This document shows, piece after piece, positions 57,841 to 64,000 of a stretch of 64,000 bases of DNA. How positions within the stretch are numbered: the first letter of the stretch is position 1; each line of letters opens with the position of its first letter. Under the pieces are notes generated by a model that did no database searches, was not told the DNA's origin, and saw nothing but the letters and a program-made list of their open reading frames with translations. The position numbers and the translations under genes were made by a program. Source of the DNA: Myxococcota bacterium (GTDB lineage: Bacteria; Myxococcota_A; UBA9160; SMWR01); NCBI GenBank assembly GCA_030749415.1, contig JASMKC010000054.1, positions 16,232-80,231 on the forward strand, written 5' to 3'.

Positions 57841-58845
57841 TCAGGGGAGCGGAACCGTCTCGATCAGTGAACGAATGAAACCGTCCGGAGTGATGCCTTC
57901 CGCGCGCGCCTCGTAGGTGAGAAGCACCCGGTGGCGGAGCACTTCGAACACCACGGCGTGGACGTCTTCCGGCGTCACGTAGGAGCGTCCGTCCAGCCAG
58001 GCGCGCGCCCGCGAGCAGCGGTCGAGAGCGATCGTCGCACGCGGACTCGCACCCCACTCCACCCAGCGGGCGAGCTCGGCGTCGAAGGGTGCGGGGTCGC
58101 GTGTCGCAACCACGAGCTGCACCAGGTATTCCTCGAGTGCGGGAGCCAGGTGAACGTCCATGACTCGACTTCGCGCGCGGAAGACGTCGGTCTGCGTCAC
58201 CGCGCGGAAGTGCGGAGCGGGAATCCCGCCGGCCTCGTCACGCACCAGGCGCAGCACATCGCGCTCGATGCCGGGCGCCGGGTAGCCGACCCGGACATAC
58301 ATCAGGAAGCGGTCGAGCTGTGCCTCCGGCAGGGGATAGGTGCCTTCCTGCTCGATCGGATTCTGGGTGGCCATCACCAGGAAGAGATCGGGAAGCGGGT
58401 AGGACTCGTTTCCCACGGTCACCTGGCGCTCGGCCATCGCTTCGAGCAGAGCCGACTGCACCTTGGCCGGCGCACGGTTGATCTCGTCCGCCAACAGCAG
58501 GTTGTGGAAGATCGGACCCGGCTGGAAGCTGAAACTCCCGTCCTCCGGCTTGAACACGTCGGTGCCGGTGAGATCCGCGGGCAGCAGATCGGGGGTGAAC
58601 TGCACCCGGTGGTCATCCCCCTCGATCGCCTCGGCAAGTGCTTTGATGGCGGTGGTCTTCGCGAGCCCGGGCGCCCCCTCCACGAGCAGGTGGCCATCGG
58701 CCAGCAGGCTGATGAGAAGCTTCTCGATCAGCTCCGGCTGTCCGAGGACACGCGCCTCGAGGTGATTGCGGAGGTGACGGAACGTCGCGTGAACGTCGGT
58801 CTCGGTGAGTCTGAGGTCGACCTGCGGAGCAGCTGCAGAAGTCAT
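57841..58845 (-). CDS. MoxR-family AAA+ ATPase
   Basis: ORF 57841..58980 trimmed to ATG 58845, which has GGGAGAGGA upstream. It carries Walker A (GAPGLAKT), Walker B (LLADEINRA) and VMATQNPIEQEGTYPLPEAQLDRF. Confidence 0.9.
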   Translation of the reverse strand: MTSAAAPQVDLRLTETDVHATFRHLRNHLEARVLGQPELIEKLLISLLADGHLLVEGAPGLAKTTAIKALAEAIEGDDHRVQFTPDLLPADLTGTDVFKPEDGSFSFQPGPIFHNLLLADEINRAPAKVQSALLEAMAERQVTVGNESYPLPDLFLVMATQNPIEQEGTYPLPEAQLDRFLMYVRVGYPAPGIERDVLRLVRDEAGGIPAPHFRAVTQTDVFRARSRVMDVHLAPALEEYLVQLVVATRDPAPFDAELARWVEWGASPRATIALDRCSRARAWLDGRSYVTPEDVHAVVFEVLRHRVLLTYEARAEGITPDGFIRSLIETVPLP

Positions 58846-59249
58846 GGGTTCCTCTCCCTGAACGGTTTCGATCCTTTCGATCGCGGGGTATCTGACCCCG
58901 CCGTGCCGGCGTCGTCTGAGTGCTGCGCCGATCACGATCCAAGGTTTAGGTCCAGGGGGTTGCCGCAGGACTTCCGTCACATGAACTCTGGTTCATGTGC
59001 GTTTCCAGAGCCTCGGCAAGTCGGACAGCGGGGGCCTATCGAAGGCGAGAGCCCAATGCTCGGGGGTTGCCGCGCCGGTCCGGCGGCCGGGGGTAGCGTG
59101 GAAGCGCCCCCCGTGTCCGCCGAGAAAACGGACCTCACACGCTGACCACTCTCGGTGGAATGGGCGAAACGCGCCATGGTAACTTCGGGCAGGCGGTCGA
59201 TGCCGCTCGGCGGCAATTCGAGGCGCAACCCAGCGCGAGGACACACGAC

Positions 59250-59912
59250 ATGGACTTTCCCGACCTCGATCCGGAACTCGTGAAGAGCCTGCTCGAATCA
59301 CTGGCGAGCTTGGACCCGCGGGCATCGGTTCCCCTCGCGCTGACCTACATGCAGGTCGGAGACGAAGCGGCGCTCAAAGGCTTCGACGCCATGGCACTTG
59401 CCAACCCGGTCGCCGGCGAAATGCTGGAGAGTCGCTACCTCAGTCCCACACCGGACGTCGCCTACCTGGCGACGCTTCCCGACGGCAGCCTCGGCAAGGA
59501 ACTCGAGCGCTTCCTGACGGAAAACGAGCTCGATGCCAACCTGCTGCGGGAGTCCACCTTCATCGGCGCACACAAGGCGCGGGGCGAAGACGTGGGGTAC
59601 CTGATCGAGCGGGGATTCCAGCTCCACGACATATTCCACGTCCTCACCGGCTTCGACACGACGCCACTCGGCGAAGTTCGAGTCGTCAGCTTCACCGTGG
59701 CCCAGACCCCCGCTCCCTACCCGGCGATGATCATCGCAAGTCGTCCGCTTCAGATGGTCCTGTACAAGCCAGAATTGCTACCGGCCGTCATGGACGCCAT
59801 CACGGAAGGCTGGGCACTCGGGCGAAAGGCGAAGCCGCTCATCAACGTGCACTGGGAGGAGTACTGGGAACACCCTCTCGCCGAACTGCGCCGGCAATAC
59901 GCGCTCGACTGA
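59250..59912 (+). CDS. Coq4-family protein
   Basis: ORF 59160..59912. The internal ATG 59250 has GAGGA upstream, and 59160 remains possible. The Coq4 zinc-ligand motif HDxxH-x11-E is present as HDIFHVLTGFDTTPLGE (59625..59675). Confidence 0.75.
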   Translation: MDFPDLDPELVKSLLESLASLDPRASVPLALTYMQVGDEAALKGFDAMALANPVAGEMLESRYLSPTPDVAYLATLPDGSLGKELERFLTENELDANLLRESTFIGAHKARGEDVGYLIERGFQLHDIFHVLTGFDTTPLGEVRVVSFTVAQTPAPYPAMIIASRPLQMVLYKPELLPAVMDAITEGWALGRKAKPLINVHWEEYWEHPLAELRRQYALD

Positions 59913-59947
59913 TCCGACCGATACCGGAAAACGGCACCGGCTCAAGC

Positions 59948-60421
59948 GTGCTCGAAAAAATCGTATCCGGGGGCCAGAGCGGTGCAGACCGTGCGGCGCT
60001 CGACATCGCCGTGGAGCTCGGTCTAGCAACGGGCGGCTGGGTTCCCCGCGGACGCAGGGCAGAGGATGGCCGGATCCCCGAGCGATACGAGGGCCTGCGC
60101 GAGACCGGTTCCGGCGCCTATGCGACCCGCACGGAACGCAACGTCCGAGACTCCGACGCAACCCTCGTTTTCGGCTTCGGGTCTCCCAGCGGGGGCTCCG
60201 AGTTGACCGCAAGGCTCGCGCGCAGGCTTGGAAGGCCGTTACTCGTGCTCGACCTCTCCCAATGCACTTCCGAAGCGGCTGCCACCCGCGTACGCGCCTG
60301 GCTCGCCGAAAAGGAGACCCGCATTCTGAACGTCGCGGGTCCGCGAGCGAGCCGGGAGCCCGCCATCGCGGAAGCGACGGCGCGAATCCTCCGCGAGGCG
60401 CTGCGCTCTCCGGATTCCTGA
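59948..60421 (+). CDS. SLOG-fold protein of the putative molybdenum-carrier (YpsA-like) family
   Basis: ORF of 157 aa with a GTG start. IVSGGQSGADRAALDIAVELGLATGGWVPRGR and RILNVAGPRAS match the family annotated as putative molybdenum carrier protein. Confidence 0.75.
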   Translation: MLEKIVSGGQSGADRAALDIAVELGLATGGWVPRGRRAEDGRIPERYEGLRETGSGAYATRTERNVRDSDATLVFGFGSPSGGSELTARLARRLGRPLLVLDLSQCTSEAAATRVRAWLAEKETRILNVAGPRASREPAIAEATARILREALRSPDS

Positions 60422-60513
60422 AACTTCCGTTCCAGGCATCGCGAGCCAGCCCGCCGCAGGAGTCAGCCGAAGAAGCCGCGGTACATCCGAAGCTGCTCCG
60501 GAACTCCTCCCGC

Positions 60514-61011
60514 CTACTCTATGCCGTGCTCGTCCAACTCGTGTCGCTCCGGAGCACAATGCCGGTTGCCCTCCACGAGCCGCACGCACGAGTTCGAACG
60601 CAGCACGGGGTCGAGCTTTTCTGGGGCGATGCGGGATGCATCCTCGTAGTGCTCGATCGCGAACTGAAACCATTCCCACGCGACCGAGCCAGTACGCCTA
60701 CCGCGCTGCGACAACATGTAGCGAGCCTGGTGCTCGCAGATGAATCCCGCATAGTAGGCCTGATCGTATTCACTGGTGAGGCGCGGCAGCACTTCCCGGG
60801 CGCGCTCGATCCCGCGCGGCAACCCGCGATCGAGAAGATTTGCCCGCACGGTCACCAGCAGCACAAGGGCTGGCTGGCTTTCGGGCTCGAGATCGAGGAC
60901 ATCCAGGCACATGCTCTCGGCAGTGCTGAGGTCCCCCTCGAGCCGGCACTGTCCGGCCAGCGAGAGCGCCGCCTCCAAGTCGTTCCGGGGCAAGGACTTG
61001 ATCTCGGACAT
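60514..61011 (-). CDS. Hypothetical protein immediately downstream of sdhB
   Basis: ORF 60514..61050 trimmed to ATG 61011. This start lies 16 nt after the sdhB stop and is preceded by GGGGAGGAGGGG. The N-terminal half looks TPR-like and helical. I recognise no family. Confidence 0.55.
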   Translation of the reverse strand: MSEIKSLPRNDLEAALSLAGQCRLEGDLSTAESMCLDVLDLEPESQPALVLLVTVRANLLDRGLPRGIERAREVLPRLTSEYDQAYYAGFICEHQARYMLSQRGRRTGSVAWEWFQFAIEHYEDASRIAPEKLDPVLRSNSCVRLVEGNRHCAPERHELDEHGIE

Positions 61012-61027
61012 CGTCCCCTCCTCCCCG

Positions 61028-61804
61028 CTACTGCGAGTCCATCCGTCCACGGCGATTGATCGGCTCGATCAACGTGGCGCGCAGGTAGTCGCGGTTCATG
61101 CGTCCGATGAAGCGGATGCTGATCTCTTTGGGACAGGCGGCCTCGCACTCGGCATAGTTCCGGCACGACCCAAAACCCTCCGCCTCCATCTGCTCGACCA
61201 TTTTCTGCACCCGCTCGTAACGCTCCGGCTGGCCCTGAGGAAGCAGGGCCAGGTGCGAGACCTTGGCCGACGTGTAGAGCATGGCAGCGCCGTTGGGACA
61301 CGCTGCAACGCAGGCGCCGCAGCCGATGCAGCAGGCAGCATCGAGAGACTCCTCGGAAACCTCTGGCTCGATGGGGAGCGCGTTGGGGTCGGGCTTGGGA
61401 CCCGAGTGCACCGTCACGTAGCCACCGGCCTGCATGATCCGGTCGAACGCGGAGCGATCCACCACGAGATCTCGCACCAACGGGAAGGACGTCGAACGCC
61501 AGGGCTCCACCGTGATCCGCGCACCGTCTTTGAAGTGACGCATGTAGAGCTGGCACGTGGTCGTGCCGGGCACCGGACCGTGGGGCTGCCCGTCGATGAC
61601 CATCGAGCACATGCCGCAGATGCCCTCACGGCAATCCGAATCGAACGCCACGGGATCGTCGCCGCGCTCGGTCAACTTCTCGTTGAGCATGTCGATCATC
61701 TCGAGAAAAGACATCACCGAGCTGACATCATCGATCTCGTAATCGACGAAGCGTCCCGGCGCATCGGCATTTGCCTGCCGCCAGATCTGGAGCACGAACT
61801 TCAC
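61028..61804 (-). CDS. sdhB: Succinate dehydrogenase/fumarate reductase iron-sulfur subunit
   Basis: ORF 61028..62251 trimmed to GTG 61804, which overlaps the sdhA stop as GTGA. The Cys clusters are [20 protein letters not shown] and [12 protein letters not shown]. Confidence 0.9.
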   Translation of the reverse strand: MKFVLQIWRQANADAPGRFVDYEIDDVSSVMSFLEMIDMLNEKLTERGDDPVAFDSDCREGICGMCSMVIDGQPHGPVPGTTTCQLYMRHFKDGARITVEPWRSTSFPLVRDLVVDRSAFDRIMQAGGYVTVHSGPKPDPNALPIEPEVSEESLDAACCIGCGACVAACPNGAAMLYTSAKVSHLALLPQGQPERYERVQKMVEQMEAEGFGSCRNYAECEAACPKEISIRFIGRMNRDYLRATLIEPINRRGRMDSQ

Positions 61805-63717
61805 GTCTTGTAGTTCCTCTGGGCCAGTGGAAGAGCGTGGAACGAGAGCGGCTCCTCGTGTTTCAGGGGCTCCGCGTCGTCGCCTCGATGCTCCCAGACC
61901 GTCACGTGAGAGAAATTGACGTCGTCTCTCAGCGCCTCGCCCTCCTCGGTCTGATGCTCCTCCCGGAAGTGGCAGCCGCAGGATTCGGCGCGCTGGAGGG
62001 CGTCGCGGCACATCAGCTCGCCAAATTCGAGAAAATCGGCGAGCCGGCCCGCGTACTCGAGCGTCTGGTTCAGTTCCGCACCGCCGCCCGGCAGCTTCAG
62101 GTCGTTCCAGAAGCGCTCCCGAAGCTCCGGAATCAGCCGAATCGCCTCGTTCAGCCCGTCGGCGTTTCGCGATATCCCGCAGTGGTTCCACATCGTGCGC
62201 CCGAGCTCGCGGTGGAGCGACTCCACCGTGCTCGAGCCGCCGATCGAGCACAGGCTTTCGATTCGCTCGCGCGCTTCGCGCTCGGCGTCGGCGAAGGCGG
62301 CATGGGTCGTGTCGACGTCTCCGTAGAGATGGCTGCTCACGTAGTCACCGATCGTCAGCGGGATGACGAAGTACCCATCGGCGAGGCATTGCATCATGGA
62401 ACTCGCACCCAGACGATTGGCACCGTGATCGGAAAAATTCGCCTCACCGATGGCAAAGAGCCCCGGCAGCGTCGTCATCAGATCGTAATCCACCCAGAGG
62501 CCACCCATGGTGTAGTGCGGTGCGGGGTAGATGCGCATCGGTGTATTCCAGGGATTCTCACCGGTGATCCGCTCGTACATCTCGAACAGGTTTTCGTACC
62601 GGGAGCGCACGACATCCTCACCCTGGTCCGCGATGGCGTCACGGAAATCGAGATAGACGCCGAACCCGGTGGGACCCACACCGAGACCCTCGTCGCACAC
62701 CTCCCGGGCGTTGCGCGAGGCCACGTCGCGCGGAACCAGGTTCCCGAACCTGGGGTAGCGCTCTTCCAGGTAGTAATAGCGCTCGGCGTTGGGGATATCG
62801 GAGGCCGAACGCTCGTCGCGAGCGTTGCGCGGGACCCAGATGCGGCCGTCGTTGCGCAACGACTCGCTCATCAGCGTCAGCTTCGACTGGTGCTCCCCAG
62901 CGACCGGAATACAGGTGGGGTGGATCTGGTTGTAACAGGGGTTCGCAAAACCGGCGCCGCGCTTGTGGGCACGCCACGTGGCCGTCACATTGCAGCCCTT
63001 GGCATTCGTGGAAAGGTAGTAGACGTTCGAGTAGCCCCCAGTGGCGATCACGACCGCTTCTGCAGCGTGCGAGCGGATCTCCCCGGTCACGAGATCGCGC
63101 ACGACAATGCCTCGAGCACGTCCATCCACCACCACCACATCGAGCAGCTCGGTGCGGGTGTGCATCTTTACGTTGCCGGTGTGAATCTGCTGGGCCAGCG
63201 AAGAGCACGCGCCGAGCAGGAGCTGCTGACCGGTCTCTCCGCGGCAGTAGAAGGTGCGCTCCACCAGCACGCCGCCGAATGAGCGATTCGCCAGCATGCC
63301 GCCGTACTCCCGCGCGAAGGGCACGCCTTGGGCCACGGCCTGATCGATGATGTTGGCACTGAGCTCCGCGAGCCTCCAGACGTTCTCTTCCCGGGCGCGA
63401 TAGTCGCCCCCCTTCTGAGTGTCGTAGAAGAGGCGATAGATCGAATCGCCGTCGTTGCGGTAGTCCTTCGCGGCATTGATCCCGCCCTGCGCAGCGATGC
63501 TGTGCGCACGCCGCGGACTGTCCTGGAAGCAGAAACACTCGACGCGGTAGCCCATGGCCGCCATGGAAGCGGCGGCCGATGCGCCCGCCAGCCCGGTTCC
63601 CACCACGATCACGCGGTAGTGCGGCCGGTTGCGCGGACCGACGAGCCGCAAGTGCTCTTTGTGGGTCGACCACATTTCTTCGATCGGCGCCTGGGGAATT
63701 CTTGCGTCGAGATCCAC
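61801..63717 (-). CDS. sdhA: Succinate dehydrogenase/fumarate reductase flavoprotein subunit
   Basis: ORF of 638 aa with a GTG start after GAGGAAGAGG. It has the FAD fold ([14 protein letters not shown]) and the flavinylation region ([15 protein letters not shown]). The length and order match the B. subtilis-type enzyme. Confidence 0.95.
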   Translation of the reverse strand: MDLDARIPQAPIEEMWSTHKEHLRLVGPRNRPHYRVIVVGTGLAGASAAASMAAMGYRVECFCFQDSPRRAHSIAAQGGINAAKDYRNDGDSIYRLFYDTQKGGDYRAREENVWRLAELSANIIDQAVAQGVPFAREYGGMLANRSFGGVLVERTFYCRGETGQQLLLGACSSLAQQIHTGNVKMHTRTELLDVVVVDGRARGIVVRDLVTGEIRSHAAEAVVIATGGYSNVYYLSTNAKGCNVTATWRAHKRGAGFANPCYNQIHPTCIPVAGEHQSKLTLMSESLRNDGRIWVPRNARDERSASDIPNAERYYYLEERYPRFGNLVPRDVASRNAREVCDEGLGVGPTGFGVYLDFRDAIADQGEDVVRSRYENLFEMYERITGENPWNTPMRIYPAPHYTMGGLWVDYDLMTTLPGLFAIGEANFSDHGANRLGASSMMQCLADGYFVIPLTIGDYVSSHLYGDVDTTHAAFADAEREARERIESLCSIGGSSTVESLHRELGRTMWNHCGISRNADGLNEAIRLIPELRERFWNDLKLPGGGAELNQTLEYAGRLADFLEFGELMCRDALQRAESCGCHFREEHQTEEGEALRDDVNFSHVTVWEHRGDDAEPLKHEEPLSFHALPLAQRNYKT

Positions 63718-63732
63718 GAGTGCCTCTTCCTC

Positions 63733-64000
63733 TCAGTCCGGGCCGGTGAGCTGCGCGAAATGTGCCGATTCAGACGGCGGCGGCATGACACCGCTCCAGA
63801 ACGCTGCGGGCAAGGCAGCAAAGGCGAGGGTGAGAAGAACGGCCACCAGCGTTCCGAGACGGCGAAGACCGCTGTTGCGGTCGGGATTGTCGATTCCCAG
63901 CGACTGAAAGACGCTCCAAACACCGTGATACAGGTGGATTGCCAGCACACCCATGGCTACCAGGTAGAACACCGCGAAGTACCACTGCTGAAAGGCGCGG
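63733..64000 (-). CDS. sdhC: Succinate dehydrogenase cytochrome b558 subunit (N-terminus beyond the window end)
   Basis: The frame is open to position 64000. It reads RAFQQWYFAVFYLVAMGVLAIHLYHGVWSVFQSLGIDNP... with a heme-ligand His region. It lies 15 nt upstream of sdhA, giving sdhC-A-B order. Confidence 0.8.
   Translation of the reverse strand, partial: RAFQQWYFAVFYLVAMGVLAIHLYHGVWSVFQSLGIDNPDRNSGLRRLGTLVAVLLTLAFAALPAAFWSGVMPPPSESAHFAQLTGPD

Overview
High-G+C (about two-thirds G+C by eye) chromosomal segment from a Gram-negative-type bacterium. The Gram-negative call rests on an OMF/MFP/RND tripartite efflux pump, many lipobox lipoproteins and Tat signals. I cannot assign taxonomy from sequence alone. 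Gene density is high and I support about 60 protein-coding genes. They include a type-B succinate:quinone oxidoreductase operon (sdhC-sdhA-sdhB, sdhC cut by the window end). A long MoxR-DUF58-DUF4381-BatA-BatB/C-BatD aerotolerance-like operon is followed in the same direction by an OmpR-type response regulator and a histidine kinase. Others are an RND efflux operon, an MMPL/RND exporter, a BCCT transporter, a ZIP transporter, a 7-TM/PAS hybrid histidine kinase, a HAMP class-III nucleotide cyclase, a molybdopterin oxidoreductase, HiPIP, and MarR and TetR regulators. There are also three SDRs, two NTF2/SnoaL-like proteins, two GT-C-like membrane proteins and several exported or membrane hypotheticals. 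I found no rRNA, tRNA, CRISPR array, transposase, integrase or phage gene. Many very long ORFs in the track are off-frame or antisense artefacts of the high G+C content, and many listed ORFs carry spurious N-terminal extensions. I trimmed those extensions to starts with Shine-Dalgarno support or start/stop overlap. Observations worth a second look: (1) the Bat/MoxR-VWA operon with an appended two-component system, a degenerate MIDAS motif and perfect in-frame tandem repeats; (2) an orphan 449-aa protein with an extremely polybasic N-terminus, divergent from the hybrid kinase; (3) a 26-bp perfect inverted-repeat (MITE-like) element at the marR 3' end; (4) a frameshifted glutamine-synthetase-family gene; (5) perfect 36-bp repeats inside the efflux outer-membrane factor gene; (6) an unknown ORF tightly attached to sdhB next to a Coq4-family/SLOG gene pair. 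None can be proven to be a novel system from sequence alone.
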